Notes: generated from the sequence alone by a model not told the origin. A stretch of DNA of 64,000 nucleotides from Bacteriovoracaceae bacterium UBA3083 (GCA_002366565.1 DFBJ01000012.1:494950-558949), one strand, 5' to 3'; shown: positions 39,202-49,407, counted from the first letter of the stretch. Program-made: numbers and translations.

Positions 39202-39861
39202 ATGGATAATGGCCAAATTATAGAGCAAGCTTTGTTAGATGAGCTACCTGCCTTTGAGAACTTTCTTAACAGGATTGGTTTTAAAAGAATAGAAGGTTCA
39301 GTTTATGGACTTCTTGTTCTATCTCCTAACCCATTAACAAGTGTCGAAATTGAAAATACATTACAACTCTCTCAACCTGCAGTTTCAAATGCATTGAAAG
39401 TACTCACGCACTACGGAGCAGTAATATCTAGAGATACTAAAAGAGAAGGTCTAGATCGTCGTATAAAAGTTCACAGCGTAAAAGAAGACAGTCTCTCAAT
39501 TGTAGCTAGCGTTTTTAGAAAAAGAGAACAAGAAACAATTCAAGACTTTAAGCAAATGGCGATTAGACTTGAGAAGATATCAAGGGACCTATCATCGGAG
39601 AATGACCCTAGAAATAAGAGACTCAAATCAATTGTATCAACATGTGAAATTGCAGAGAGTGTCATAAGCTTTGTTGTTGAATTAACAAAGAGCAAGCTTC
39701 CAGAAGAATATCCACAAGTAATTAAACAACTCCCAAGGACATTACAACTGCTAACAAGTGGAGTTGTTCCTATGGCGAATTTAACAGATCAAGTCAAGAA
39801 AAGTTTAACAAGTAAATTAAAAGGTGGTCTTGAGAGACTATCAGGAGAAGTGACAAAATGA
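39202..39861 (+). CDS. winged-helix transcriptional regulator (MarR/GbsR-like)
   Basis: 219 aa. It has a wHTH segment (…LTSVEIENTLQLSQPAVSNALKVLTHYGAVISRDTKREGLDRRIKVH…). It is the first gene of the operon, and its stop overlaps the KAS start. Confidence 0.55.
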   Translation: MDNGQIIEQALLDELPAFENFLNRIGFKRIEGSVYGLLVLSPNPLTSVEIENTLQLSQPAVSNALKVLTHYGAVISRDTKREGLDRRIKVHSVKEDSLSIVASVFRKREQETIQDFKQMAIRLEKISRDLSSENDPRNKRLKSIVSTCEIAESVISFVVELTKSKLPEEYPQVIKQLPRTLQLLTSGVVPMANLTDQVKKSLTSKLKGGLERLSGEVTK

Positions 39862-41087
39862 AGCATAGAATTGTCATCACAGGTATCGGGCTAACAGCTC
39901 CAAATGGAAATAACCTAGAAGAGTTCAGAACTGCCCTCCTTGAAGGTAAGTCTGGTATTACTCATACAGAAGTAAGGCACATGGGAATCAAGGCCGCAGG
40001 ACTTTGTGATTTCGATGAGTCTAAGTACCAGTCACGTAAGACGAGAAAGAGAGGAACGAGAGTTGGAGCAATATCTATCTATTGTGCTAATGAGTCGATT
40101 GTTAATTCAAAACTAGACTGGGAAAATATAGATAAAGACAGAGTTGGTGTCTATCTTGGAATCACTGAACACGGAAACGTAGAAACAGAAAATGAAATCC
40201 ATGATCTATATCAAAATGATCTAAATACAGAGTTTTGGTCTCATCATCACAACCCTAGAACTGTTGCAAATAACCCTGCTGGTGAAGTAACTCTGAATCT
40301 AAGTATTACAGGCCCGCACTACACTATTGGTGCCGCTTGTGCTGCTGGTAATTTAGGAATTATTCAAGCTTGTCAGATGCTTCAACTCGAAGAAGTAGAT
40401 GTTGCTCTTGCGGGTGGAGTAAGTGAGTCACCTCAAACTTTTGGAATATTTGCCGCATTTGCAGCTCAAGGTGCTCTAGGTGAACACGAAGACCCTACCC
40501 TAGCAACACGTCCATTGGATATCGATAGAAACGGTATTGTAATCTCTGAAGGCGGAGCTATTTATACTCTTGAAAGATTAGATGACGCAATTAAGAGAGA
40601 CGCAGATATTATAGCTGAAGTTGTAGGCTTCCATTCTAATAGTGATGCGAGTGATTTTGTTCTTCCTAATACGGAAAGACAAATTCAGTGTATGAACAAA
40701 GCAATAGAAAAAGCAGGATTAAAAGTAGATGACATAGACATCGTAAGTCTTCATGCTACTGGAACAAAAATGGGAGATATCCAAGAGTGTGAAGCTGTTA
40801 GCCAAGTTTTTGGTTATAGCGAGAATACACATATCAACTGTGCAAAAGGATTTATTGGCCATGCTATGGGTGCAGCAGGTGCTCTTGAGCTTGCAGGGAA
40901 CATTCCGAGCTTCAAAGATGGTTATATACACCCATGTAAAAAGATCGAAAATATTGACCCAAAGTGTGACCTAAAGAATTTAGTTAATGGAGAAAAAGTA
41001 GAGAAAGAAGTCAACTACATCCTTAACAACTCTTTTGGAATGCTTGGGATAAACTCATCATTAATAGTTAAAAAATATACCCATTAG
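39858..41087 (+). CDS. beta-ketoacyl-ACP synthase, elongating type (FabF/FabB-like KAS I/II)
   Basis: 409 aa. It has an active-site Cys in GPHYTIGAACAAGN and the two His of the C-H-H triad (LHATGTKMGD, GHAMGAAGALE), with an N-terminal RIVITGIG. Confidence 0.85.
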   Translation: MKHRIVITGIGLTAPNGNNLEEFRTALLEGKSGITHTEVRHMGIKAAGLCDFDESKYQSRKTRKRGTRVGAISIYCANESIVNSKLDWENIDKDRVGVYLGITEHGNVETENEIHDLYQNDLNTEFWSHHHNPRTVANNPAGEVTLNLSITGPHYTIGAACAAGNLGIIQACQMLQLEEVDVALAGGVSESPQTFGIFAAFAAQGALGEHEDPTLATRPLDIDRNGIVISEGGAIYTLERLDDAIKRDADIIAEVVGFHSNSDASDFVLPNTERQIQCMNKAIEKAGLKVDDIDIVSLHATGTKMGDIQECEAVSQVFGYSENTHINCAKGFIGHAMGAAGALELAGNIPSFKDGYIHPCKKIENIDPKCDLKNLVNGEKVEKEVNYILNNSFGMLGINSSLIVKKYTH

Positions 41088-41097
41088 GAGGATCACA

Positions 41098-41352
41098 ATG
41101 GAAAAAGAACTAGTAAGAGAACATGTACTAAATATTATTGCTGACGTTGCACTAGATGACGACGTTACAACAATTGACGATGCTGTAGCACTAAGAGACC
41201 AATTAGATCTAGACTCTATGGACTTCTTAGACATCGTAATGGAACTCAAGAAAAGACATAAGATTGAGGTTCCTCAAGAAGATTATCCACAATTAGCAAG
41301 CATGAATAGTTGTGTAGAATACCTAACACCAAAGTTTGCAGCACACGCATAA
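41098..41352 (+). CDS. acyl carrier protein (dedicated)
   Basis: 84 aa, acidic, with a phosphopantetheine-attachment motif LDLDSMDFLDIV. Confidence 0.8.
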   Translation: MEKELVREHVLNIIADVALDDDVTTIDDAVALRDQLDLDSMDFLDIVMELKKRHKIEVPQEDYPQLASMNSCVEYLTPKFAAHA

Positions 41353-41404
41353 TTGATTTAAAGGCCACTTTCATAGTGGCCTATTCTTTTAGGAAGATGT
41401 TTAG

Positions 41405-42784
41405 ATGGAAAAGTACGACGTTATAATAATTGGAGCAGGAATGAGTGGAATGGCAGCTGCCATACGACTTGCAATGTTCGATAAAAAAGTTCTACTCCTA
41501 GAAAAACATGTCATTACAGGTGGCCTAAATAGTTATTACAAAAGAGCAAAAAGAGACTTCGACGTCGGTCTACATGCTCTGACAAACTATATGGAAAAGG
41601 GAGAAAAAAGAAAGCCTCTCTCAAAGCTTTTAAAACAATTAAGAGTTCCATATGATGACTTAAAGCTTTCACCGCAAAGACATTCCAAAATACTTTTTCC
41701 AGAAAAGTCACTTACATTCACAAATGACTTGAATGACTTTGCTCAAGAGATAGCGGACAATTTTCCTGACCAAGTAGATGGATTTAATAAACTTGTATCT
41801 CACATCACAGATTTCAGTGAAACAGCATTAGATAATGAACATATTCTAGCAAAAGATGTTGTTAGAAAATATATAACCAATGAAGAATTACTAGAAATGA
41901 TATTTTGTCCCCTATTGATCTATGGATCAGCTTGGGAAAATGACATGGACTTCTCTCAATTTGTAATCATGTTCAAAAGTATTTACATCGAAGGTTTTTC
42001 AAGACCTGAAGGTGGAGTTAGGACGATTATAGATATCTTATTAAAGAAACTTGAAGCTTTAGGCCAAGAGATTCGCTTTAGAAGTGAAGTTCAAAGTATT
42101 GAAACAGCAAATGGGAAAGTTGCAGGTGTTAGATTAAAGAATGGGGACTTCTTACAAGCAGATAAAGTTATCTCAAGTATGGGTTATCCTGAAACACTTA
42201 GCGTAGTTAGCGGTATAGCCCCTAAACAAAAGCCAGCAGTTGGAAAAATGACTTTCTGTGAGAGTATTCTAGTCCTTGATAAGAAACCTAAAGACCTTGG
42301 ACTTGATAGCACGATTATTTTCTATAACGATAGACCAAAGTACTTATACCGAGAACCAAAAGAACTATACGACCCTAAGTCAGCAGTGATTTGTTTTCCA
42401 AATAACTTCACTCATGATGACTTTGATGAAGGTTGGGTTCGTATTACAAATATGGCAAACTTTGATCTTTGGAATAAATTAGAGAGACCAGAGTATAAAG
42501 AGAAGAAGGAAGAGGTTTTTAAAGATGCCTGTTCATTAACAAAGAAGTTAATACCTTCTTGGGACGAAGAAGTTGTCTTTAAAGATATCTTCTCACCTAC
42601 TACCATAAAGAAATACACAGGGCACTTTGGCGGTACAGTGTACGGATCAACAGATAAAAGTCGAGACGGTTCTACTGAAGTACCTGGACTTTACCTTTGT
42701 GGAACAGATCAAGGATTTCTTGGAATTGTTGGCTCTATGTTATCTGGGATATCAATGGCCAACCTATATGGATTAATGGATTAA
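41405..42784 (+). CDS. FAD-dependent oxidoreductase of the phytoene-desaturase (CrtI/CrtD/retinol-saturase-like) family
   Basis: 459 aa. It has an N-terminal Rossmann dinucleotide motif (YDVIIIGAGMSGMAAA…LLLEKHVITGGLNSYY) and a C-terminal GT…G motif. It is paralogous to 52465..53880. Confidence 0.7.
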   Translation: MEKYDVIIIGAGMSGMAAAIRLAMFDKKVLLLEKHVITGGLNSYYKRAKRDFDVGLHALTNYMEKGEKRKPLSKLLKQLRVPYDDLKLSPQRHSKILFPEKSLTFTNDLNDFAQEIADNFPDQVDGFNKLVSHITDFSETALDNEHILAKDVVRKYITNEELLEMIFCPLLIYGSAWENDMDFSQFVIMFKSIYIEGFSRPEGGVRTIIDILLKKLEALGQEIRFRSEVQSIETANGKVAGVRLKNGDFLQADKVISSMGYPETLSVVSGIAPKQKPAVGKMTFCESILVLDKKPKDLGLDSTIIFYNDRPKYLYREPKELYDPKSAVICFPNNFTHDDFDEGWVRITNMANFDLWNKLERPEYKEKKEEVFKDACSLTKKLIPSWDEEVVFKDIFSPTTIKKYTGHFGGTVYGSTDKSRDGSTEVPGLYLCGTDQGFLGIVGSMLSGISMANLYGLMD

Positions 42785-42788
42785 AAAT

Positions 42789-43820
42789 ATGAAATATGAA
42801 AATGTAGCAATACACAGTTTTGATTACCTAGAGCCTGATGAGTTTCTAACATCAGACGACATTGAATCAAAGCTCTCACCTGTATACAAAAGACTCAATC
42901 TTCCATCAGGAAGACTAGAACTTATGACAGGAATTAAATCAAGAGGAATTTGGCCAAATGGAACGAGACCAAGTGACTTGTCTACACAGTCAGCTCAAAA
43001 ACTCCTCTCTAAGTCCAATGTAGATAAATCAGAGATAGGCCTACTAATTCATGCAAGTGTTTGTAGAGATTTTTTAGAACCATCAACTGCATCAGTTGTT
43101 CACCACAATTTAGAATTAAATGAAGACGCCATGATTTATGATCTATCTAACGCATGCTTGGGTGTTGTAAACGCAATGTCTATGGCCGCGAATATGATTG
43201 AACTAGGTCAGATAAAGTATGCTTTAATAGTTTCTGGTGAGAATGGAGGACCTCTCTTAACTCAAACCATTGATCATTTGAACACAGATTCAACTCTAAC
43301 GAGAAAATCAATTAAAAAGTACATTGCAAACTTAACAATTGGTTCAGCTTCAGTAGCATACTTACTTTGCCATAAAGACTTAGCCCCTGATGCCCCAAGA
43401 ATAATAGGAGGCGCTGTCTGTACTGATTCAAGTGCAAATATTCTATGTCAAGGAGATGGAGACACGACTTCTTTAATGATGGAAACAGACTCGGAAGAGT
43501 TATTAAAGCACGGACTAGAACTAGCGAAGAAGAATTGGAATAAAACAAAAGAAGCACTTGGCTGGAATAACTCTGATGTTGATTGGGTCATTGGACATCA
43601 GGTAGGAACAGCTCATGAGACACTCACAATGAAGGCGATGGAATTAAGTCAGCACAAAACTTATACAACATATGAAACATTAGGAAATACTGGTTCTGCA
43701 GCATTACCTATTACACTAGCAAAATTAAAAGAAACAAATAAAATTCAAAAGGGTGAGAAAATTGCTCTATTAGGCATTGGAAGTGGTTTAACTTCTATTA
43801 TGTTAGGAGTTGAATGGTGA
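42789..43820 (+). CDS. oleA: OleA, FabH-like thiolase catalysing head-to-head (non-decarboxylative Claisen) condensation of acyl thioesters
   Basis: 343 aa. Blocks match the Xanthomonas-type OleA as I recall it: LEPSTASVV, DLSNACLGVVNAM (active Cys), YALIVSGENG, APRIIGGAVCTDS, DWVIGHQVGTAHE, and the C-terminal GEKIALLGIGSGLTSIMLGVEW. Gene order is oleA-B-C-D. Confidence 0.8.
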   Translation: MKYENVAIHSFDYLEPDEFLTSDDIESKLSPVYKRLNLPSGRLELMTGIKSRGIWPNGTRPSDLSTQSAQKLLSKSNVDKSEIGLLIHASVCRDFLEPSTASVVHHNLELNEDAMIYDLSNACLGVVNAMSMAANMIELGQIKYALIVSGENGGPLLTQTIDHLNTDSTLTRKSIKKYIANLTIGSASVAYLLCHKDLAPDAPRIIGGAVCTDSSANILCQGDGDTTSLMMETDSEELLKHGLELAKKNWNKTKEALGWNNSDVDWVIGHQVGTAHETLTMKAMELSQHKTYTTYETLGNTGSAALPITLAKLKETNKIQKGEKIALLGIGSGLTSIMLGVEW

Positions 43821-44692
43821 AAGCAATAACAATACCAAGTAATTTAAAATCAGAGTATCCATTTACTCCAAAAACACTCACTCTAAAGTCAGGTCACAAA
43901 TTATCATATATTGATGAAGGGACAGGACCCGTTGTAATTATGGCCCATGGAAACCCTACTTGGTCATTTTATTATAGAAATGTAATCAAGAAGCTAAAAA
44001 ATAACTTCCGAGTAATTGTTCCAGATCATATCGGTTGTGGCCTATCAGATAAACCACAAGATTATGATTACACACTTAAGAATCATATCGATAATCTTGA
44101 AGAGTTAACTCAATCATTAAATATTAAAGACTTTAATATTATTGTTCACGACTGGGGTGGAGCAATTGGTATGGGTCTAGCGACAAGATACCCTGAAAAC
44201 TTAAAAAAAGCAGTCATATTAAATACTGCTGCTTTTACTTCAGATCTAATTCCAAAAACAATTAATATTTGTAAAAATCCTATCTTTGGTGAATGGCTTG
44301 TCAGAAAGTTTAATGCTTTTGCATGGCCTGCAACATTTATGGCAACCAATGTGGGATTAAGTAAAGAAGCAAAGCAAGGCTACCTACTTCCATATAATAA
44401 CTATAAGAATAGAATTGCCACAGCAAGATTTGTAAAAGATATTCCCATGACAAGTACACATCCAACTTGGAATACTCTTAAAGATATTGAAAATAAACTT
44501 CAATCTCTAGATTGTCCAAAGCTTATCCTCTGGGGGGAGAAAGACTTTTGTTTCAATATGAACTTCTATAACCGATGGGTTGAAATTTTCCCAAAGGCTT
44601 CTAAGAAAGTATTTAAGAATGCTGGACACTATGTTCTTGAAGATGCCAGAGATGAAATCAACGAAGATATTTTAAACTTCCTAAGTGAGTAA
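43814..44692 (+). CDS. oleB: OleB, alpha/beta-hydrolase (haloalkane-dehalogenase-like) beta-lactone decarboxylase
   Basis: 292 aa. It has the HGNPTWSFYY motif (haloalkane dehalogenase/epoxide-hydrolase HGxP), a nucleophile elbow VHDWGGAIGM, and a C-terminal GHY. It overlaps oleA by 7 nt. Confidence 0.75.
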   Translation: MVKAITIPSNLKSEYPFTPKTLTLKSGHKLSYIDEGTGPVVIMAHGNPTWSFYYRNVIKKLKNNFRVIVPDHIGCGLSDKPQDYDYTLKNHIDNLEELTQSLNIKDFNIIVHDWGGAIGMGLATRYPENLKKAVILNTAAFTSDLIPKTINICKNPIFGEWLVRKFNAFAWPATFMATNVGLSKEAKQGYLLPYNNYKNRIATARFVKDIPMTSTHPTWNTLKDIENKLQSLDCPKLILWGEKDFCFNMNFYNRWVEIFPKASKKVFKNAGHYVLEDARDEINEDILNFLSE

Positions 44693-44694
44693 CT

Positions 44695-46326
44695 ATGAAT
44701 ATTGCAGACCTATTAGTTAAAAGAGCAAATGAACAACCAGATAAACTGGCAATAAAAGCTCCGATTAGTAGAAATGCGGATGGAAGTTATAATTATGAAA
44801 GTAAAACTTTCAAAGAACTTCTAGCAACTACAAGATCTATCGCTAACGGTCTTAAGTCTAAAGGATTAGTTAGTGGAGATAAAGCAGTTGTCTTTGTAAA
44901 GCCAGGACTAGATTTTCCTGCTATCACCTTCGCACTCTTTTCGTTAGGGATTGTCCCTGTATTCATTGACCCAGGAATGGGTAAAGAGAACCTATTAAGA
45001 TCAATCAAGCAAGTTCAACCTCAGGCCTTAATCGCAGTACCGATTGTGCATTTTCTCAGGTTATTTAAAAGGGATACTTTTAAGTCTGTTAAGTGCTTTA
45101 TTACAACAGGATCTTTAACATGGCCTGGAATGTTTTCACTCAAGTCATTAAAAAAACTTCCGCCTGCAGAAATACAAACTAAAGTAAATGAAAATGAATT
45201 AGCAGCAATACTCTTTACTTCAGGAGGAACTGGAATACCTAAGGGTGTTGAATATACTCATAAGATATTTTCAAAACAAACAGAACTACTTCAAAACATA
45301 TTTTCATTAACTAGTGAAGACATAGATATTCCAGGATTCCCTCTCTTTGCTCTTTTTACAATTGCTATGGGAATGACTAGTTGTATTCCAGACATGGATC
45401 CATCTAGACCAGCTGATGCTGACCCGGCCAAACTTGTCCAAAACATACTTGATAATCAAGCTACTTTTGTTGCAGGTTCTCCAGCGATTTGGGAAAAGGT
45501 AGCTTCATATTGTAACGATAAAAAAATAACATTACCAAGTGTTAAGTATCTTGTGATGTTTGGTGCACCAGTAAGAAAAGAAGTTCACCAAAATTTTTCA
45601 AAAGTACTAACTAATGGAACAACCTATACTCCATACGGAGCAACAGAATCACTACCTGTAGCAAATATTTCAGGAAAGTACTTACTTGAAAAAACAGTTG
45701 ATCTATCTTCTAAGGGACGTGGGACATGTGTAGGGAAACCTATATCATCAATGGAAGTAAAAATAATTTCAATTACTGATGAAATACTCTCTACAGTAGA
45801 AGAAATGAAAGAGCTTAGAAATGGTCAGATTGGAGAAATTATTGTTCAAGGAGACACTGTTACTAAAAGTTATTTTGGTATGCCTGAAAAAACCGCTGAA
45901 GCTAAAATATTTGATGGAGATAAATTCTGGCACAGGATTGGAGATATAGGCTACCTAGATGATCAAGGGTATCTATGGTTCTGCGGAAGAAAGACTCATA
46001 GAGTGGAAACTGAAAATGAACTAATGAGTTCAATACAATGCGAATCAATATTTAATGAGCACCAGCTTATTGAAAAGACTGCCCTAGTTGGTGTCTATAG
46101 AGGCAAGAAATATCAAACTCCTGAATTAGTAGTTCAACTAAAAGATCCATCTAAGAAAAGTGCACAATTGAAAGAAGAACTAATAAGCATGGCAAGTACT
46201 CACCCTCATACAAAGAATATAAAGAAAATCTGGTACCACGATAAGTTCCCTGTAGATGTACGTCACAATATTAAAATTGATCGTCTAAAACTTCGGGATC
46301 TTGCTGAGAACGGAGATCTAACATGA
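44695..46326 (+). CDS. oleC: OleC, AMP-dependent synthetase/ligase (beta-lactone synthetase)
   Basis: 543 aa. It has the adenylation core motif FTSGGTGIPKGVEYTH and further ANL-superfamily motifs (YGATE, GDIGYLDDQGYLWFCGRKT). It starts 2 nt after oleB. Confidence 0.8.
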   Translation: MNIADLLVKRANEQPDKLAIKAPISRNADGSYNYESKTFKELLATTRSIANGLKSKGLVSGDKAVVFVKPGLDFPAITFALFSLGIVPVFIDPGMGKENLLRSIKQVQPQALIAVPIVHFLRLFKRDTFKSVKCFITTGSLTWPGMFSLKSLKKLPPAEIQTKVNENELAAILFTSGGTGIPKGVEYTHKIFSKQTELLQNIFSLTSEDIDIPGFPLFALFTIAMGMTSCIPDMDPSRPADADPAKLVQNILDNQATFVAGSPAIWEKVASYCNDKKITLPSVKYLVMFGAPVRKEVHQNFSKVLTNGTTYTPYGATESLPVANISGKYLLEKTVDLSSKGRGTCVGKPISSMEVKIISITDEILSTVEEMKELRNGQIGEIIVQGDTVTKSYFGMPEKTAEAKIFDGDKFWHRIGDIGYLDDQGYLWFCGRKTHRVETENELMSSIQCESIFNEHQLIEKTALVGVYRGKKYQTPELVVQLKDPSKKSAQLKEELISMASTHPHTKNIKKIWYHDKFPVDVRHNIKIDRLKLRDLAENGDLT

Positions 46327-47300
46327 AAATATTAGTTACAGGTGCTGGTGGATTTCTTGGTTACTATATTGCTAGAGATTTAAAGGCTCTAGGCCATGAA
46401 GTATATAATTTTTCTAGATCTCATCATAAAGACCTAGATGAACTGGCCATTACAACTAGACTTGGAAACTTAAACGACCCAGACTCAATCGACAAAGCAC
46501 TCGATAAAATAGAAGCCGTTTTTCATGTTGCTGGCAAAGTAGCGATGTGGGGAAAATGGGAAGACTTCTATCAAACCAATACTATTGGAACAAAAAATCT
46601 AGTAGATGCGTGCCTAAAAAAAGGTATACAAAAATTCATTTACACATCAACACCTAGTGTTGTCTTTGGAAGTGGAGATATAGAAAATGGTGATGAAACA
46701 CTAGAGTACCCAAATGAATTTCTTAGCCTCTATGCTAAATCGAAAATGTTAGCAGAGAAATATGTACTTCAGAAAAACTCTAAAGAGTTTCTAACATGTG
46801 CAATAAGACCACATCTTATTTTTGGTCCTAGAGATAAGAATATTATTCCAAGACTACTTGAGGCAGCTAAAAAAGAGAAATTAAAGAAAATAGGAAGCGG
46901 TAATAATCTAGTTGATATTATTTATGTAGAAAATGCGGCCAAAGCACATATTCAGGCATTTCAAAGTATTACACCAGACTCTCCTATTTCGGGATCACCT
47001 TACTTCATAGGACAAGAAGCTCCTGTTAATCTATGGGACTTTATCAACAAAATTCTTAAGGCCCATGGTCAAAAAACTGTATCAAAAAGTATTTCTGTTA
47101 AATCTGCTTATTCAATAGGAGCTGTAATAGAATTTATATTAAAGTTTCTTAGAGTCTGGAACGTTCATCCACCCATGACAAGATTTGTCGCTCTTCAATT
47201 AGGGAAGAGTCATTACTTTTCTCATAAGAAAGCAAAAAATGACTTTGACTATAGTCCAGACATAACTATAGATGAGGCAATTTCAAGAATCACTCCATAG
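46323..47300 (+). CDS. oleD: OleD, NAD(P)-dependent 3beta-hydroxysteroid-dehydrogenase/epimerase-family reductase (2-alkyl-3-ketoacid reductase)
   Basis: 325 aa. It has an N-terminal Rossmann motif (MKILVTGAGGFLGYYIARDL) and an SDR-extended YxxxK (YAKSK). It overlaps the oleC stop (ATGA). Confidence 0.75.
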   Translation: MKILVTGAGGFLGYYIARDLKALGHEVYNFSRSHHKDLDELAITTRLGNLNDPDSIDKALDKIEAVFHVAGKVAMWGKWEDFYQTNTIGTKNLVDACLKKGIQKFIYTSTPSVVFGSGDIENGDETLEYPNEFLSLYAKSKMLAEKYVLQKNSKEFLTCAIRPHLIFGPRDKNIIPRLLEAAKKEKLKKIGSGNNLVDIIYVENAAKAHIQAFQSITPDSPISGSPYFIGQEAPVNLWDFINKILKAHGQKTVSKSISVKSAYSIGAVIEFILKFLRVWNVHPPMTRFVALQLGKSHYFSHKKAKNDFDYSPDITIDEAISRITP

Positions 47301-49407
47301 AGGCGGGACTTCTTAGATTGTTGTCTCGTCTGAAATTATCAACAATACCTAGCCCATCAAAACGACCTTCATTAAAGTATGTGATAAATGGTGAACCTTC
47401 ATTCGTATAAGCTTCGAAGTTTCCATAATAATAAACATTGTCATAACCAAAGAAAGAAAGAATTTGTGTCTTATTCTTATGTTCTAAATAAATAGTTTGA
47501 ATAATATCTTTCAGTCTCCATAGAGGAACAGCGGCCATATCTTGTGCAACTGATTTCTTAGAATATTCCTCCATACACTTTCTTCTCTTACGGCTTCGTT
47601 TAAAAAAGCTATATTTCTTAGTTTTATTTTTGCAGTAAGTATAGAGGCTTGCAGTAAAGTCATTAAATGCCCACTCAGCGTAGAACTTATTTGAAGAAAC
47701 TTTCATTTCTCTAAGACAACTATTAAAAAGATTTCTAAACCACTTAAAAAAACCACTCTTCTTAGCTCCACACATACTCTCATAACGAGATTTCATCTCT
47801 GACTGCGAGTACCCTAATAAATGATATAGGCCATCCCTATTAATTTTATAGTCACCATTAATCTTAACAGGTCCAATCAATTGGTCTTGTTCAAAAAGTT
47901 TTATCGCTAAGGGATCAACCCCTGAGTAATTATTAAGAACTTCAAGTGCTGCATTCTTATGAGACTTCTTTGTTACTGTATTTGTTTTGGCCGTATAAAA
48001 ATTATGAGAGAATCCGATAGAAACAGATTCTTCTTTTTTCATATCTATATCACCCTCATTAGCAATGAGGTTCTCATTAGCAGAATACTCAACAATCACT
48101 TTCTTAGAGTCACTACTATCTTTATTAATTATAGAATCTAACTTTAAAAGAGATTTAACTAAGACAGCAACAAGTCTTGAAAAGACATTTTGCTTATATT
48201 TTATTTTTTCAAAGTAATGCTTGAAAAATCTATGAACATTCCCATCTTTAACAATTTCTATTTGTTGAGTACTTGCCTCTTTTTGGCCTCCCCAAAATAA
48301 AAGGCCATACTTAGATTCTTTTTGCTCAGATTTTCTCTGTTCTAAAGAGACGATATTATCTCGAAGAGCATATACATCTGACTTTTGCCCATTAAGTATT
48401 CTTTCAACCTGTTGGGAGTAGTAAGTATCTTTCTTAAGTTTCTCAAAGTCTTCTTCATAAAAAGTTAAATACGTTTTTTCAGAATCCTCAAGAGTGTAAT
48501 TGAAATCATATTTAAGCAATGTCATTTGTAATAATTTTAAGAACTCTATCCCAACGCTTGCTGAAACGCCGACACTAGCAGACTTAACTTTTTCCATAGT
48601 TATACGAAGTCGTTCTTTCTCAGTAGATTTCTCTTCATCATGTATTGCTTGAATATCCACACGTGCTAAATTTTCATAACTAGCTAGAACGCCAGCACTT
48701 CCAAATATTGGCCCATAGATAGGTGCTCCAGCGATAGCACCTGCTTTTAGAGATATTGCATCTTCTTTTTGAAGAAATTCATACTCATTTAAATTTAAAT
48801 ATTCTTTATTAGAGAATTTAGTGAAGGCCAGAAATAACTTATCAAAGTTGAGAGTTAAACCTTCCATATAGCTATTAGCGAAGTGAACTGACCTAAAAGT
48901 TCTCCTAAATGAGATTCCTGCGAAAGCAGCATATTGCGCTTCAGAGAAATCAACTATGCCCTGATCCTTTAGGTTAGTTAATAAATTTGCGGCATTGATA
49001 TCAATAATAAATTCATCTGAAACAATCCACTTATCATCACTAAATAAATCTGGAGCAACAGTTCTTCCAGCAATTACTGTAAAATCAAGAAAGTCGTGAT
49101 TGTACTTAATCCCGATATTATTAAGGCCACCAAATACTGTAGTATTCTGACTACTGAGAACGTTAGCGGCCTGCCTCTGCCCTATAGAGTCATAGGTCGT
49201 AGAGAATTCATTAAGAATACTTCGATAAAGAGCATTATCACTTGAGAGCTCGTAACCAGAACTCTTCAAGCCGATAGAATAGTCTCCATATAGAGAATGG
49301 AGCTTTTCTTCATCTAAAATTTGAAAATGTTCGAATTTCTCACCAGCTAATACTTTAGTGGATAGATATAAGACCACACTTATAAGAACATAATGCACCA
49401 ATTTCAT
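47290..49407 (-). CDS. large secreted hypothetical protein (start placed at MKLVHYV… signal peptide)
   Basis: The ORF runs to 49476, but a signal peptide begins at the internal Met (MKLVHYVLISVVLYLSTKVLAG). No recognisable catalytic motifs. Its 3' end overlaps the oleD 3' end convergently by 11 nt. Confidence 0.45.
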   Translation of the reverse strand: MKLVHYVLISVVLYLSTKVLAGEKFEHFQILDEEKLHSLYGDYSIGLKSSGYELSSDNALYRSILNEFSTTYDSIGQRQAANVLSSQNTTVFGGLNNIGIKYNHDFLDFTVIAGRTVAPDLFSDDKWIVSDEFIIDINAANLLTNLKDQGIVDFSEAQYAAFAGISFRRTFRSVHFANSYMEGLTLNFDKLFLAFTKFSNKEYLNLNEYEFLQKEDAISLKAGAIAGAPIYGPIFGSAGVLASYENLARVDIQAIHDEEKSTEKERLRITMEKVKSASVGVSASVGIEFLKLLQMTLLKYDFNYTLEDSEKTYLTFYEEDFEKLKKDTYYSQQVERILNGQKSDVYALRDNIVSLEQRKSEQKESKYGLLFWGGQKEASTQQIEIVKDGNVHRFFKHYFEKIKYKQNVFSRLVAVLVKSLLKLDSIINKDSSDSKKVIVEYSANENLIANEGDIDMKKEESVSIGFSHNFYTAKTNTVTKKSHKNAALEVLNNYSGVDPLAIKLFEQDQLIGPVKINGDYKINRDGLYHLLGYSQSEMKSRYESMCGAKKSGFFKWFRNLFNSCLREMKVSSNKFYAEWAFNDFTASLYTYCKNKTKKYSFFKRSRKRRKCMEEYSKKSVAQDMAAVPLWRLKDIIQTIYLEHKNKTQILSFFGYDNVYYYGNFEAYTNEGSPFITYFNEGRFDGLGIVDNFRRDNNLRSPASME

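Noticed and set aside
39858-43820. Interpretation of the KAS/ACP/FabH-like genes as an aryl-polyene (APE) or flexirubin cluster
   Set aside because: Hallmark APE/flexirubin genes such as ammonia-lyase, LolA-like, glycosyltransferase, LPLAT acyltransferase and a KS-CLF pair are missing. The FabH-like protein matches OleA end to end, and the next three genes are the canonical OleB/OleC/OleD, so the Ole interpretation fits better.
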